Shown here piece by piece: positions 1 to 14,491 of a DNA stretch of 64,000 nt. The first letter of the stretch is position 1, and each line of letters begins with the position of its first letter. Below the pieces are notes generated by a model, which worked only from the letters and a program-made list of their open reading frames with translations, had not been told where the DNA came from and did not search any database. The translations under genes were made by a program, and so were the position numbers. Source of the stretch: Terriglobia bacterium (GTDB lineage Bacteria; Acidobacteriota; Polarisedimenticolia; Polarisedimenticolales; JAIQFR01); the NCBI GenBank assembly GCA_963748015.1, contig CAVVHE010000004.1:992001-1056000 (forward strand), in the 5' to 3' direction.

Positions 1-2
1 GA

Positions 3-1556
3 GCCACGCGCGTCGAGATCCACCAGCGCCTCGCCCTCCCGTTCGCGGCTTTCGTGTTCGCCCTCCTCGGGATGCCGCTCGGCATGACCCGGGCCCGCTC
101 GGGAAAGGGCGCGAGCTTCGCCCTGAGCATCGCGGTCACGCTCGTGTACTGGGTCGCCTTCACGTCGGCGCGCGACCAGGCGCTGCAGGGCCGTTTCCCC
201 GTGTTTCTCGGCGTCTGGTCGGGCAACATCATTACCGCGGCCTGGGCCGCGTGGGCGTTCTACCGGATGGGCCGTCGCGCCTCGGACCAGGGCGTGCTCG
301 GACGCCTCAGGTCCGCCGCGGGGTCCGTACTCGCCAGGTTCACGGCACGAGGAAATCGAGCCCGGGATGTCTCGTCACCGGGGACGCCCGGCTCGTCGCC
401 GTCTCCTCCCCACGAGTGGGCCGGCGCCACGTCGACCTACCGGCTGATCGGGCTCGTGGACGGGCTGATCCTCTCGAACTACCTTCGGGTGCTCCTGTAC
501 GCGCTGCTGTCCGCGTACGCCGTCTTCGCCGTGGTGGACCTCAAGGAGATCCTCGACAGCGTCCTGCGGAACGAGCGGTCCTTCTGGCTGGTGATGAACT
601 ACTTCAAGTATTTCGCCCCGGGAAAGCTGATCCTGATCCTCCCGGTGTCCTGTCTCGTCGCCGGCGTGGTCGCCTTCACCCTTCTCGGGCGCAGCGGCGA
701 ACTCACCGCGATGAAGGCGAGCGGCGTCAGCATGCGCCGCGCGATGGCTCCCGTCATCGTTGCCACGATGGCCCTCTGTGCCGTGATGTTCGTCGTGCAG
801 GACCGGATCGCCCCCGTCACCAACCAGCGGGCGCAGGAGGCCAGGGACCGGATCCAGGGAAAACCGCCGCGGACCTACGGCCTCTCCGTCGGCGGACGCT
901 GGACCTTCGGTACCGGGGGCCGATACCTCTACCACTACCGTCTGTACGACCCCGACCACCAGACGTTTCAGGGACTGAGCGTGTTCACGCTCGATCGCTC
1001 GGCTCCTCGCGTCACGGAGCACCGTTTCGCGGCGATCGCCAAGTGGGCTGGGAACGGTTGGCTCCTCGAGCGCGGCTGGTACCGGAACTTTCCGGCCGAC
1101 AAATCTGTCGGCGTGTTCCGGACCTTCGTCGATGGCGAGCGCTGCGCCCTCGACCCTCCCGAGAACTTCGCGCGCCGGGAGATCACCCTCATGGCCGGGG
1201 GCGAACTCCCCGACCAGATGAACATCCTCGAGCTGCGGAGGCAGATCGAGACCCTCCAGGACAGCGGCTACGACATCACGCGGCTCAAGGTGGCGTTCTA
1301 TGCCAAGCTCGCCCACCCCGTGACACCCCTGGTGATGGTGCTGCTGGGGCTCCCCTTCGCCTTCCAGGTCGGCCGGAGAGGCTCCCTTTACGGGATCGGC
1401 GTCGCCCTGGTTCTCGTGATCGTCTACTGGGCGACGTTCGCGGTCTTCAACGCGCTGGGATTCGAGACGGTTCTCCCGCCCTTCCTCGCCGCGTGGGCGC
1501 CGAACATCCTCTACGGCCTGCTCGGCTCGTACCTCCTGCTCTACGTCAAGACCTGA
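3..1556 (+). CDS. Fused LptF/LptG LPS export permease (5' truncated by window)
   Basis: Frame open from base 3. EIHQRLALPFA..LGMPLG..RSGK is the LptF C-terminus; after a linker comes a complete LptG-type domain (RSGELTAMKASGVS, KLAHPVTPLVMVLLGLPF, AAWAPN). Confidence 0.9.
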   Translation, partial: ATRVEIHQRLALPFAAFVFALLGMPLGMTRARSGKGASFALSIAVTLVYWVAFTSARDQALQGRFPVFLGVWSGNIITAAWAAWAFYRMGRRASDQGVLGRLRSAAGSVLARFTARGNRARDVSSPGTPGSSPSPPHEWAGATSTYRLIGLVDGLILSNYLRVLLYALLSAYAVFAVVDLKEILDSVLRNERSFWLVMNYFKYFAPGKLILILPVSCLVAGVVAFTLLGRSGELTAMKASGVSMRRAMAPVIVATMALCAVMFVVQDRIAPVTNQRAQEARDRIQGKPPRTYGLSVGGRWTFGTGGRYLYHYRLYDPDHQTFQGLSVFTLDRSAPRVTEHRFAAIAKWAGNGWLLERGWYRNFPADKSVGVFRTFVDGERCALDPPENFARREITLMAGGELPDQMNILELRRQIETLQDSGYDITRLKVAFYAKLAHPVTPLVMVLLGLPFAFQVGRRGSLYGIGVALVLVIVYWATFAVFNALGFETVLPPFLAAWAPNILYGLLGSYLLLYVKT

Positions 1557-1562
1557 GCGGCC

Positions 1563-4500
1563 TCAGCGGCCGGACAACCGCTCCAGCGCGGCGCGGAGCT
1601 CCGCCTGCGCCGGGTCGATCTCGAGCGAAGCCTTCCACGCCTCGATCGCTTCCTTGCGGCGACCGTTCCGTCGCGCCGCCTCCCCGTACGCGTTCAGCAG
1701 CAGAGTGTCCCGTCCGGGCGACAGGCGCCGCGCCTCCTCCAGGCGGGCCAGCGAGGCGGAGGCGTTCCCCTCGGCGAGCTCGAGGATGCCGAGCTGCAAC
1801 AGCGCCTTCGCGCGCGCCCGCGGGTCGGCTATCGCCTTCTCGAGCTCCTCTCGCGCGCCGCGCACGTTGCGCTTGCGCTCCATCAGGAGGGCGAGGTTGA
1901 TCCGCGCATCGCCGTAGCCCGGGTCGAGCGCCAGGGCCTTGCGAAGCTGCGCCTCCGCGGAATCGAGCTTCGCATCGCCGAGGTCGAGGCCCGCGAGGTT
2001 GTTCAGCGGCGAAGGGTAGCGAGGATCCGCCGCGGCGGAGCGGTTCCACATGGTCCGGGCGCGCGCGAGGTCGCCCGTCGCGTAGTAGAGGCTTCCCAGG
2101 TTGTTCAGCACGATCGGGTGATTCGGCGATTTCGCGAGCGCCCGGTCGTACAGGTCGATCGCCTTCTTCATCTCGCCCCGGTCCTGGTAGACCAGCGCCA
2201 GATTGTTGTAGGCCCCCATGAAATAGGGATCCGCCTCGATCGCTTTCTCGTACCAGCCTTCCGCCTCGTCGAGGCGTCGCGCCGCGCGAGCGAGGTTCCC
2301 CAGGTTCGTCCGCGGCTCGGCGGCGTCCGCGTCGAGGTTCGCGGCCTCGAGGAACCGCTGCTCCGCCTCGCGATCGTTCCCCTGCTTCGCCAGCGCCAGC
2401 CCGAGCGTGTTGATCACCTCGGCCGCCCCGGGCTCGTCGCGCAGGACGAGGCGGAGATCGCGCACCGCGCCCTCGAAATCTCCGAGGTCCATGGCGAGCT
2501 GCCCGAGCTGGTGGCCCGCCGAGCGGCGGGTCACCGCGTACCCCTTCGCCTTTTCGAGGACCTTGCGCGCTTCCTCGTGCCGGCGCTCGATGCGCAGCAG
2601 CGTGCCGAGGTTGACGGCCACGACCGGGTTGTTGGGCTCGCTCTCGAGCGCCGCGCGGAACTCGCTCTCGGCCTCGGCGCGCTTCCCCTGCGCCAGCAGC
2701 GCGATCCCCGTATTGTTGCGGGTCGTCACCTTGACGGGCTGGTCGCCGGCGCTGCCGAGATAGCCCAGGCTTCGCAGCTTCTCTCGCAACTCCGCGGCCT
2801 CGGGATCCACGGGGGACGCCGCCGCCGCGCGCCGGCCGTCGTCGAAGGCGGGATCGTCGGCACGGTACCGGACGGGGTGCGCCTTCAGGAACCCGGTGTC
2901 GAGCGCGCCGGAAAGCACGGTCCCCGGCCACGACTGCGGTACCGGCTGTCCGAACAGCGCCAGGACCGTCGGGGCGATGTCGTAGATCCCCGTCTCGCCC
3001 AGGCGCGCTCCGGCCCGGATACGCTCTCCCGAGAGGACGAGAACGCCGAATCGCCTGTGCCAATCCGCCGCCGGCCCGTGGCCGATCCTCGAGTCCGTCG
3101 TCAGGGGGCGCGACGCGTCGCTGCAGAAGCCGTGGTCGGAGAGCACCATGACGGTCCACCCCGGTCCCCGTCCCTCGAGCAGCTTGCCCAGGTCGCGGTC
3201 GATCTTCTCGTAGTATCGATCCACGACCGCGTGGAACGACGCGTAGCGCTTGTCCTCGACCCCGGCCAGCTTCGGGGGGCGGTACGACATGAACAGGTGG
3301 CCGACCGTGTCCGTCCCCTCGAAGTACACCGTCTCGAATCGAGGGGAGAACTTGGATCGGAGGGCGAGCGCGGCCCCGAGGTAGGTCTCCGTGGATGCGA
3401 GGAGCGTGCGGAAATCCTCGAGCAGCTTCAACTCGTCCGGGTCGAATTCCTCCGGCCGCCGTCGGGGGCCGTCGAGGTAGTGCTGCACCACCTCCCACGA
3501 CACGTCCGAGGGGGAGACGATCCGAGGGCGGATGTCCTCCGCGTAGAGGCCGGGGGGCCAGGTCTTTCCCCTGCCCTCCCCCGGGTCCGGCCGGATGCCG
3601 AAGAGCTGGTAGGCGACCCGGTCGGTGACCATGAATCCGTTCAGGGACTCGGCGGGAAACGTCGCCCACCACCCGACCACACCCACCGGCACGCCCGCCT
3701 TCGAGAGCATCTCCCAGATGGCGGGCACCTTGCGCTGGGCCGAGGTGACCGGCTGCCCCTCGCCACCCGCGGGGTCGGGCGCGAGGAAGTCGAGGATGCC
3801 GTGCCGCGGCGGGTCCACTCCCGTCGCCACGCTGGTCCACACCACGGGGGAGAGCGCGGGGCTGATCGTGAGGAGCTTGGAGCGCACGCCATGCTCGACC
3901 AGGCGCGCGAGGTTGGGCATTCTCCCCTGCTGGACGAGCGGATCGATGATCGCCCAGTCCGCTCCGTCGAGTCCGATCACGAGGAGCTTCGCCTCGGAGG
4001 CGGGAGGCAGGGACTCCTCCGTCCTGACCGTCAGGAGCTCGGGGGCGCCGAGGAGCACGCGCTTCAGGTCGACGCCGCGCTCGGCGAGGCGCGCCTTGAG
4101 CTCCGGCTCGAGGGCGGACTGGACGCGCTGCGGCAGCGGGTCGCGCGCGTCCCAGGACCCGAGCCCCCGCACCGTCTCTCGGAGCGCATCGGCGAGCACC
4201 CCCTCGATGCCCAGACCGTGGGATGCCTTGGACGCCGCGAGCCAGCCGTCGCCGCGGATCTCGAGCGCGGCCTGTCCTCGCAGGCCGAAGAGGCTCCCGT
4301 CCAGGGCCTCGAGGCGCGCCACCTCCGGGCCGGGGAGGGGTACCTCCACGAGGTTCCTCGGAAAGCGCTCGAGCCGGGCGTACCCCGGCAACGCGAGGAC
4401 GGTCGGGCCGTCGACCTTCCGCGGCTCGCCGAACCACAGCGGCCGCAGCACGCCGAACTCGAAGGCGGGGTCGATCCGCCGGATGCCCGCGGCCATCCAC

Positions 4501-4595
4501 CCCGCGATCGCGAGGAGCGCGGCGGCCGCGACGAGCGCGGGGAGCGCGCGGCGACCGCGCCGGATCGTCGCGGCCTCGCTCTGCTCGCCGCCCAT
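1563..4595 (-). CDS. Membrane-anchored SPFH-like + alkaline phosphatase/nucleotide pyrophosphatase-family + TPR protein
   Basis: N-terminal TM helix; AP-superfamily motifs GLDGAD, SPVVWTSVATG, DTVGH, LSDHG, WH; LRSLGYL; long C-terminal TPR array. Start set at ATG 4595 behind a GGAGGAG SD. Confidence 0.75.
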   Translation of the reverse strand: MGGEQSEAATIRRGRRALPALVAAAALLAIAGWMAAGIRRIDPAFEFGVLRPLWFGEPRKVDGPTVLALPGYARLERFPRNLVEVPLPGPEVARLEALDGSLFGLRGQAALEIRGDGWLAASKASHGLGIEGVLADALRETVRGLGSWDARDPLPQRVQSALEPELKARLAERGVDLKRVLLGAPELLTVRTEESLPPASEAKLLVIGLDGADWAIIDPLVQQGRMPNLARLVEHGVRSKLLTISPALSPVVWTSVATGVDPPRHGILDFLAPDPAGGEGQPVTSAQRKVPAIWEMLSKAGVPVGVVGWWATFPAESLNGFMVTDRVAYQLFGIRPDPGEGRGKTWPPGLYAEDIRPRIVSPSDVSWEVVQHYLDGPRRRPEEFDPDELKLLEDFRTLLASTETYLGAALALRSKFSPRFETVYFEGTDTVGHLFMSYRPPKLAGVEDKRYASFHAVVDRYYEKIDRDLGKLLEGRGPGWTVMVLSDHGFCSDASRPLTTDSRIGHGPAADWHRRFGVLVLSGERIRAGARLGETGIYDIAPTVLALFGQPVPQSWPGTVLSGALDTGFLKAHPVRYRADDPAFDDGRRAAAASPVDPEAAELREKLRSLGYLGSAGDQPVKVTTRNNTGIALLAQGKRAEAESEFRAALESEPNNPVVAVNLGTLLRIERRHEEARKVLEKAKGYAVTRRSAGHQLGQLAMDLGDFEGAVRDLRLVLRDEPGAAEVINTLGLALAKQGNDREAEQRFLEAANLDADAAEPRTNLGNLARAARRLDEAEGWYEKAIEADPYFMGAYNNLALVYQDRGEMKKAIDLYDRALAKSPNHPIVLNNLGSLYYATGDLARARTMWNRSAAADPRYPSPLNNLAGLDLGDAKLDSAEAQLRKALALDPGYGDARINLALLMERKRNVRGAREELEKAIADPRARAKALLQLGILELAEGNASASLARLEEARRLSPGRDTLLLNAYGEAARRNGRRKEAIEAWKASLEIDPAQAELRAALERLSGR

Positions 4596-4638
4596 CGTCA
4601 CCTCTCCTCCGGCCTCGAGGTGCGCGCCGCGCCGGCGC

Positions 4639-5790
4639 TCAGATCCCGGCGCTGCGGCCGAGCGCATCCGCGAGGCGGGTGGACTCCCAGGTGAACCCGG
4701 GCTCGGTGCGCCCGAAGTGGCCGTAGGCGGCCGTCGCGCGGTAGACCGGGCGCCGGAGGTCGAGGTGCTCGATGATCCCCCTCGGCGTCAGCGGGAAGTG
4801 CTCGCGGATCAGCGCGACGATCTTGTCCTCCGGGACCCTTCCGGTCCCGAAGGTGTCCACCGCGACCGACACCGGCTCCGCCACGCCGATCGCGTACGCG
4901 AGTTGCACCTCCGCGCGCTCCGCCAGACCGGCGGCCACCACGTTCTTCGCGATGTGTCGGGCCATGTACGACGCCGAGCGGTCCACCTTCGTCGGGTCTT
5001 TTCCGGAGAACGCGCCGCCTCCGTGGTGCCCCATGCCGCCGTAGGTGTCCACGATGATCTTGCGGCCCGTGAGCCCCGTGTCCCCCTGCGGACCGCCGAT
5101 CTCGAACAGGCCCGTGGGGTTGACGTGGAACTTCGTGCCCGCGTCCAGCATCCCCGCTGGGATCACCGGCTTGATGACCGACTCGATCACCGCCTCCCGG
5201 ATCCGCGCCTGCGGGGTCCCGCGCGCGTGCTGGGTGGACACCACCACCGCCTCGATCCTCACCGGCCGGTCGCCCTCGTATTCGACGGTGACCTGGGATT
5301 TTCCGTCGGGCAGGAGGAAGTCCATGATCTTCTGCTTGCGGCAGTCGGCGAGGCGGCGGACGAGCGCGTGGGCGAGCGTGATCGGCAGGGGCATGAGCTG
5401 CTCGGTCTCGCGGCACGCGTAGCCGAACATCATCCCCTGGTCGCCGGCGCCCCCGGTGTCGACACCCATCGCGATGTCGGAGGACTGCTCGTCGATCGCC
5501 GCCACGACCGCGCAGGACTTCGAGTCGAAGCCGAACTGCGCGTCGTCGTAACCGATCTCGCCGATCGTCCGGCGCGCGACCTTCGGCAGGTCCACGTAGA
5601 CCCGGGTCGTGATCTCACCCGCGATCAGGCAGAGGCCGGTCGTGAGGAGCGTCTCGCACGCCACGCGACCCGTCGCATCCTGCTCGAGGATCGCGTCGAG
5701 CACCGCGTCGGAGATCTGGTCCGCGATCTTGTCCGGGTGCCCTTCGGTCACGGACTCCGACGTGAAGAGATGCCGTCCCTTGAATCCCAT
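4639..5790 (-). CDS. metK: S-adenosylmethionine synthetase
   Basis: [54 protein letters not shown] before ATG 5790. Confidence 0.98.
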   Translation of the reverse strand: MGFKGRHLFTSESVTEGHPDKIADQISDAVLDAILEQDATGRVACETLLTTGLCLIAGEITTRVYVDLPKVARRTIGEIGYDDAQFGFDSKSCAVVAAIDEQSSDIAMGVDTGGAGDQGMMFGYACRETEQLMPLPITLAHALVRRLADCRKQKIMDFLLPDGKSQVTVEYEGDRPVRIEAVVVSTQHARGTPQARIREAVIESVIKPVIPAGMLDAGTKFHVNPTGLFEIGGPQGDTGLTGRKIIVDTYGGMGHHGGGAFSGKDPTKVDRSASYMARHIAKNVVAAGLAERAEVQLAYAIGVAEPVSVAVDTFGTGRVPEDKIVALIREHFPLTPRGIIEHLDLRRPVYRATAAYGHFGRTEPGFTWESTRLADALGRSAGI

Positions 5791-5861
5791 GTCCACCTCT
5801 CCCGGCCGGCCGGGCGCCGGGGCAATCCCCTCGGGGAGTCTGGCGATCCCCAAAAGATGGC

Positions 5862-5886
5862 ATGCTACCATCGCCTCCAGGCGGCA

Positions 5887-5890
<4 letters not shown>
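5862..5890 (-). promoter_or_regulatory. Putative sigma70 promoter of metK
   Basis: Minus strand TTGATG-17 nt-TAGCAT with extended -10 TG; the -35 overlaps the dnaE stop. Confidence 0.55.
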
Positions 5891-9393
<3,503 letters not shown>

Positions 9394-9395
9394 GA

Positions 9396-10946
9396 TCACT
9401 CCCACTCGATGGTGCCGGGAGGCTTGCTCGTGACGTCGTAGACGACCCGGTTCACGCCGCGCACCTCGTTGACGATGCGGCTGCTGACGCGGGCGAGCAG
9501 GTCGCCGGGAAGGCGGGCCCAGTCGGCGGTCATGAAGTCCGTCGTCTCCACGGCGCGGAGCGCCACGACGTGCTCGTAGGTGCGGCCGTCGCCCATGACG
9601 CCCACGCTGCGGACCGGGAGGAGAACGACGAACGCCTGGGCGACCCGGTCGTACCAGCCGGACTCGCGGAGCTCCGAGATGAAGATCGCGTCCGCCTCCT
9701 GGAGCACCGCGACCCGCTCGGCGTTGACCTCGCCGAGCACGCGCACCGCGAGGCCGGGCCCCGGGAAGGGATGTCTTCCCACGAAGGCGGGATCGAGCCC
9801 GAGCTCGCGCCCGACCCTGCGGACCTCGTCCTTGAAGAGGTCCTTGAGCGGCTCGACGAGCTTGAGCCGCATGCGGTCGGGAAGCCCGCCGACGTTGTGA
9901 TGGGTCTTGATGGTCGCCGACGGCCCCTTCACCGAAGCCGACTCGATCCGGTCCGGGTAGATCGTTCCCTGCGCGAGGAACTCCGCGTCGCCCACCGCCT
10001 TCGCCTCGCTCTCGAAGACCTCGATGAACGTCTCGCCGATGATCTTCCTCTTGCGCTCGGGGTCCTCGACCCCGGCGAGCCGGGACAGGAACATCCCCGA
10101 CGCCTCCGCGAAGCGCACCTCCAGCCTGTACCGCTCGCGGAAGTCCCGCAGGACCTGCTCCGCCTCCCCTTTTCGAAGCACGCCGTTGTCCACGAAGACG
10201 CACACGAGCCGGTCGCCGATCGCCCGGTGGAGCAGCAGAGCCATGACGGAGGAGTCCACCCCCCCCGACAGCGCGCAGATCACCCGGCCGTTCCCGACGG
10301 TCCGCCGCAGCTCCGCGACCTGATCGTCCACGAACGAGGCGATCGTCCAGTCTCCGCGGCACCGGCAGGCGTCGAAAAGGAAGTTGCGCAGGACCTCGCG
10401 GCCGCGCTCCGTGTGCGCCACCTCGGGGTGGAACTGGACGCCGAAGAGGGACCGCTCGCGGTCCTCCACGGCGGAGTGGGGCGCGCTCGCGGACCATGCC
10501 ACCGACCGGAACCCCGGAGCGGGCTCGAGCACTCGATCGCCGTGACTCGCCCACACCAACTGATCGGGACCGAGCCCGCGGAACAGCAGGGAGGCGGCCG
10601 GATCCTCGACACGGATCGTCGCCGGCCCGTACTCCCGGCTTGGCGCCGGCGAGACGTTGCCGCCGAGCCGGAACATCATCAGCTGCATGCCGTAGCAGAT
10701 GCCGAGCACGGGGACGCCGGCCTCGAACAGCTCGCGGCCGACGAGGGGCGCGCCCTCCCCGTACACGGAGTCCGGCCCGCCCGACAGGACGATGCCCCTG
10801 GGCTCCTTCGCCACGACGTCTCGCACGGGAGTCGAGAAAGGCAGGATCTCGCAGTAGACGCCGAGCTCGCGCACCCGCCTCGCGATGAGCTGGGTGTACT
10901 GGGAGCCGAAGTCGAGGATGAGGATCGTCTCGTGCCGCACGCTCAC
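9396..10946 (-). CDS. guaA: GMP synthase (glutamine-hydrolysing)
   Basis: [49 protein letters not shown] start overlaps the holA stop. Confidence 0.98.
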   Translation of the reverse strand: MSVRHETILILDFGSQYTQLIARRVRELGVYCEILPFSTPVRDVVAKEPRGIVLSGGPDSVYGEGAPLVGRELFEAGVPVLGICYGMQLMMFRLGGNVSPAPSREYGPATIRVEDPAASLLFRGLGPDQLVWASHGDRVLEPAPGFRSVAWSASAPHSAVEDRERSLFGVQFHPEVAHTERGREVLRNFLFDACRCRGDWTIASFVDDQVAELRRTVGNGRVICALSGGVDSSVMALLLHRAIGDRLVCVFVDNGVLRKGEAEQVLRDFRERYRLEVRFAEASGMFLSRLAGVEDPERKRKIIGETFIEVFESEAKAVGDAEFLAQGTIYPDRIESASVKGPSATIKTHHNVGGLPDRMRLKLVEPLKDLFKDEVRRVGRELGLDPAFVGRHPFPGPGLAVRVLGEVNAERVAVLQEADAIFISELRESGWYDRVAQAFVVLLPVRSVGVMGDGRTYEHVVALRAVETTDFMTADWARLPGDLLARVSSRIVNEVRGVNRVVYDVTSKPPGTIEWE

Positions 10947-12007
10947 CCTCTCTCCCGCCCCGCGCGGGCGCCGCCCGCGGTCAGCTCGTCCGCGAGGGAT
11001 TCCATGACCGCCCACTTGTCGATCCCGCGGCTCTTGAGGGTACGGTCGGTCCGCAGGAAGCGCCCCGGAAGCCCGAGGAGATCGCCAAGCGGCCAGCGCC
11101 GGAGCCCCGCGAGCAGCCTCGCCGCGGGTACGCCCGCCCAGACCGACCGGACCGCCTCTTCCGGAGCCGACCCCGACTCGATCGCCGCCTTGACCTGCAG
11201 CATCGCCCTCGCCCGCCAGGCCAGCCCGCCGAGCGTCCGGATCTGCTGCTCCCCGGCCTCCGCGAGGCGGCGGGTCGCCTCGAGAGCTTTCCCGGAGTCC
11301 CTCGCGAGCATCGCGTCCGCCAACTCCCAGCCCGAAAGGGCGCCACCCCCGGCCACCACCTGACGCGCCTCCCCGAACGTCACGGCCCCGCGGGCCTCCG
11401 TTCCCCGCCAGTCGCGGATCTTGTCCAGCTCGCTCGACAGCCGGTAAAAGTCCCCGGTGGAAACCTCGACGAGGAAGGCGATCGCATCCCGATCGAGCGT
11501 GAGCCCTCGCTCCTTCGCAAGCTCGGACGCCTCCCTCCCCACGGCCTCCCCCTCGTCCTGCGACGGCGGCCGGAAGGCCGCCGTGCGCCCCGCCTCCAGC
11601 AGCTCGCGATGGAGGCCGCGCCGCGCGTCGAGCTTCGGGGCCCGGACGATGAGGTAGCTTCCGACCGGCGGCGACGACGCGTACCCGGCGAGCGGCCCCG
11701 GCTTTCCGTCGAGCGCCTCGACGTCCCTCACCAGGACGACGCGCTTCGGCGAGAACATCCCCACGGAGCAGGCTGCGGCCAGCACGGTGCCGATCTCGAC
11801 CCTGCGATCGCCGTACACCGTGAGCGCGGCGCCTCCCGCCCCCTCCGGGACCAGGTGGGCGAGCAGCGCGCGTTGCGCCTTGTCCAGGTGGAAGAGATCC
11901 TCGCCGGTGAGGACGGTCAGCCCCGGCGGCCAACCTTGGGCGAGGGCGGCGAGGGTCGAGCGCAGGACGGCCCCGCCGAGGGGGCCGGCGGGGCCCTTGG
12001 CCGCCAT
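10943..12007 (-). CDS. holA: DNA polymerase III delta subunit
   Basis: [32 protein letters not shown]; canonical lptE-holA order. Confidence 0.85.
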   Translation of the reverse strand: MAAKGPAGPLGGAVLRSTLAALAQGWPPGLTVLTGEDLFHLDKAQRALLAHLVPEGAGGAALTVYGDRRVEIGTVLAAACSVGMFSPKRVVLVRDVEALDGKPGPLAGYASSPPVGSYLIVRAPKLDARRGLHRELLEAGRTAAFRPPSQDEGEAVGREASELAKERGLTLDRDAIAFLVEVSTGDFYRLSSELDKIRDWRGTEARGAVTFGEARQVVAGGGALSGWELADAMLARDSGKALEATRRLAEAGEQQIRTLGGLAWRARAMLQVKAAIESGSAPEEAVRSVWAGVPAARLLAGLRRWPLGDLLGLPGRFLRTDRTLKSRGIDKWAVMESLADELTAGGARAGRERG

Positions 12008-12537
12008 CAGAACCCCTCGAACATCGAGGTGACGAGCGCCTGGGCCGCTCCCTGCGCGATCTGGTCCAGGGCCTGGTTCTCCTGGGCGACCTCCTGCTGG
12101 ACGTTGTACTGCTCGCGGAAGACGAGTCCGGACTGGCTCCACAGCACGGCCTGCGTGGAAAGCTCCCGGAGGGTGGCCTCGAGGGTCACGACGGTCTCGA
12201 GACGGGTCGCCCTGCCCTGGGCGTCGAGCTGGACCGGGTTCGACCTGTATCCCGTGATAGCTCCCTCGAGGAGCGCGTCGGCCTGTGCCTTGTCGTTGAC
12301 GACCTTGTAGTGGCCCCGCTTCGTCAACTCGCTCGCCACCTCCTCGGTCACCCGCTGCTCGATGTTCGGGCGCTGCGTCCGGTTCTCGAAGGGCGCGACC
12401 ATGATCACGCGAATCCGCTCCGGGAGGAACGTGTTCCCGCCGGCGAGCTTGTAGCCGCAGCCGGGCGCGGCCGAGCCGACGAGCGCGATCGCCGCGACGA
12501 TCGCCGCGCGGGCACCCTTCCGCCCCGGCACGCTCAC
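12007..12537 (-). CDS. lptE: LPS assembly lipoprotein LptE family
   Basis: Lipobox [19 protein letters not shown]; upstream of holA. Confidence 0.85.
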   Translation of the reverse strand: MSVPGRKGARAAIVAAIALVGSAAPGCGYKLAGGNTFLPERIRVIMVAPFENRTQRPNIEQRVTEEVASELTKRGHYKVVNDKAQADALLEGAITGYRSNPVQLDAQGRATRLETVVTLEATLRELSTQAVLWSQSGLVFREQYNVQQEVAQENQALDQIAQGAAQALVTSMFEGF

Positions 12538-12971
12538 CTCCCGTCGCGCGAGGGAGTGATCTCGCCCCTCTCGATCCGCTTGCGGACGGCATCGAGGATC
12601 CCGTTGATGAAGGCCCCCGATTCCTCGCTCCCGAACTTCCTGGCGATCTCGATCGCTTCGTCGATGGCGACGACCGGCGGGACCTCGGCGTCGAAGAGCA
12701 TCTCGTACACCGCCATGCGCAGCACGTTGCGGTCCACGACCGCCATCCGCTCGACCCGCCAGTTCTCCGCCGAGACCGCGACCACGTTGTCGAGGAACTG
12801 CCGCTCCCGGGCCACCCCGTTCACCAGGTCCTCGGCGAAGGTCTTGACATCGGGAGTGGACGCCTGGTCGGCCCAGAACGGCCCGAAGATCTCCTCGGGC
12901 CGTCCCCCGGCCACGTCCATCTGGAAGAGCATTTGGAGCGCGCACTCGCGGGCGCGCCTACGCTGGCCCAA
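12534..12971 (-). CDS. nusB: Transcription antitermination factor NusB
   Basis: RRRARECALQMLFQ, VDRNVLRMAVYEM, VAIDEAIEIA, FINGILD; TTG start after ribH. Confidence 0.97.
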   Translation of the reverse strand: MGQRRRARECALQMLFQMDVAGGRPEEIFGPFWADQASTPDVKTFAEDLVNGVARERQFLDNVVAVSAENWRVERMAVVDRNVLRMAVYEMLFDAEVPPVVAIDEAIEIARKFGSEESGAFINGILDAVRKRIERGEITPSRDGR

Positions 12972-12982
12972 GGTCCGAGCCC

Positions 12983-13450
12983 CTACGCCATCTGGCGATA
13001 CAGGCTGACCATCTCCACCGCGGCCAGAGCGGCGTCCCAACCCTTGTTTCCGGACTTCGCTCCCGCCCGATGGATCGCCTGCTCGAGACTGTCCGCGGTC
13101 ACCACGCCGAACGACACGGGAATCCCGTGCTGGAGCGAGGCCTGCGCGAGGCCCTTGGCGACCTCCGCCGCAAGAACGTCGAAGTGCGGGGTCTCCCCCC
13201 GGATCAGGGCTCCGAGCGCGACCACCGCGTCGAACTTCCCGGATGCCGCGAGCCGGGCCGCCGCCTGGGGGATCTCCCAGCTTCCCGGCACCCGCACCAC
13301 GGTGCGGGCGTCCGCTCCGGCCCCGTGCCGCTCGAGGCAATCCTCGGCACCGGCCAGCAAGCGGGCGGCGACGAAATCGTTGGTTCGCGCCACCACGAGG
13401 GCGAACCGCATCCCTTTCGCGTCGAGCCTGCCTTCCAAGACGTTCGCCAT
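12983..13450 (-). CDS. ribH: 6,7-dimethyl-8-ribityllumazine synthase
   Basis: VPGSWEIP, IRGETPHFD, RAGAKSGNKG. Confidence 0.97.
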   Translation of the reverse strand: MANVLEGRLDAKGMRFALVVARTNDFVAARLLAGAEDCLERHGAGADARTVVRVPGSWEIPQAAARLAASGKFDAVVALGALIRGETPHFDVLAAEVAKGLAQASLQHGIPVSFGVVTADSLEQAIHRAGAKSGNKGWDAALAAVEMVSLYRQMA

Positions 13451-13506
13451 GCGCCGCCTCCCGGGGACACCACACCGTTTGCCCGGACCGCCCGGTACGA
13501 GACCGG

Positions 13507-13536
13507 AGTATAGGAACCAAGCTCGAAGGGTGTCAA
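13507..13536 (-). promoter_or_regulatory. Putative sigma70 promoter of the ribH-nusB-lptE-holA-guaA-dnaE operon
   Basis: TTGACA-18 nt-TATACT on the minus strand. Confidence 0.7.
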
Positions 13537-13558
13537 GGCGGCCGCCGCCCCTAGGAGC

Positions 13559-14473
13559 TCAATCGGGATAGGGCCCGACCTCGATGAGCCGGCGAAAGGC
13601 CTCGTAACGCCCTCGGATCTCGTCGGGGGTGAGGCGCTTCAGCCGGTCCAGGGAGAAATCCTCCACCTGGTACGAAGCCATCACGGAGCCGGCGACGGCG
13701 GCGCGGCGGACATCCGCGGCCGCTCGTCCCCCGGCCCTGGCGAGGAACCCCAGGAAGCCTCCCGCGAAGGTGTCCCCCGCCCCGGTCGGATCCACGACCC
13801 GGCGAAGAGGGAAGGCCGGCATCGCGAACGTCTCCCCTGCGCCGAAGACCGCGACGCCGTACTCGCCGCGCTTCACGACCACCACCCCGGTCCCGAGCTC
13901 CCGGACCGCCTCCGCCGCCTCGACGACGTTCCTCCGTCCGGTGAGCTGGCGGATCTCGCCGTCGTTGATCAGCAGCACGTGAACCCGCGGCAGGAGGCGC
14001 CGGAGTGCCTCGGGCTTCGAGGCGATCCAGAAGTTCATCGTGTCCGCCGCGACGAGCGACGCGGGATCCACCTGATCGAGAACCCGCCACTGAAGCTCCG
14101 GGTCGATGTTCGCGAGGAAGAGCACCGGCGTGCGATCCCACCCGGACGGTAGAACGGGATCGAAGTCGGCGAACACGTTGAGCTGCGTGTCGAGGGTTCG
14201 CGGGTTGTTGAAGTCCTCGCCGTATTCCCCGACCCAGCGGAAGGTCCGCCCCGGCACCCGCTGCAATCCCGCGAGGTCGACGCCCCTGTCGCGAAGGGGC
14301 TTCTCGTGCTCCGCGGTGAAGTCCTCCCCCACGACCGCCACGAGCCGCACCTCGGTGAAGAACGACGCCGAGACGGAGAAGTGCGTGGCCGAGCCGCCGA
14401 GGACGTCCCTCCGCGTGCCGGCCGGCGTGGTGACCGTGTCGAGAGCCACCGATCCGACGACGAGGATGCCCAT
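13559..14473 (-). CDS. PfkB/ribokinase-family sugar or nucleoside kinase
   Basis: GGSA, VVKRGEYG, DPTGAGDTFAGG. Confidence 0.92.
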   Translation of the reverse strand: MGILVVGSVALDTVTTPAGTRRDVLGGSATHFSVSASFFTEVRLVAVVGEDFTAEHEKPLRDRGVDLAGLQRVPGRTFRWVGEYGEDFNNPRTLDTQLNVFADFDPVLPSGWDRTPVLFLANIDPELQWRVLDQVDPASLVAADTMNFWIASKPEALRRLLPRVHVLLINDGEIRQLTGRRNVVEAAEAVRELGTGVVVVKRGEYGVAVFGAGETFAMPAFPLRRVVDPTGAGDTFAGGFLGFLARAGGRAAADVRRAAVAGSVMASYQVEDFSLDRLKRLTPDEIRGRYEAFRRLIEVGPYPD

Positions 14474-14491
14474 GCTCTCCTTGCCTCCTCT

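Noticed and set aside
5791..5860. Possible SAM riboswitch upstream of metK
   Set aside because: The leader is only ~65 nt and lacks SAM-I/II consensus; only a weak hairpin.
13451..13506. Possible FMN riboswitch upstream of ribH
   Set aside because: Leader too short and no RFN consensus.
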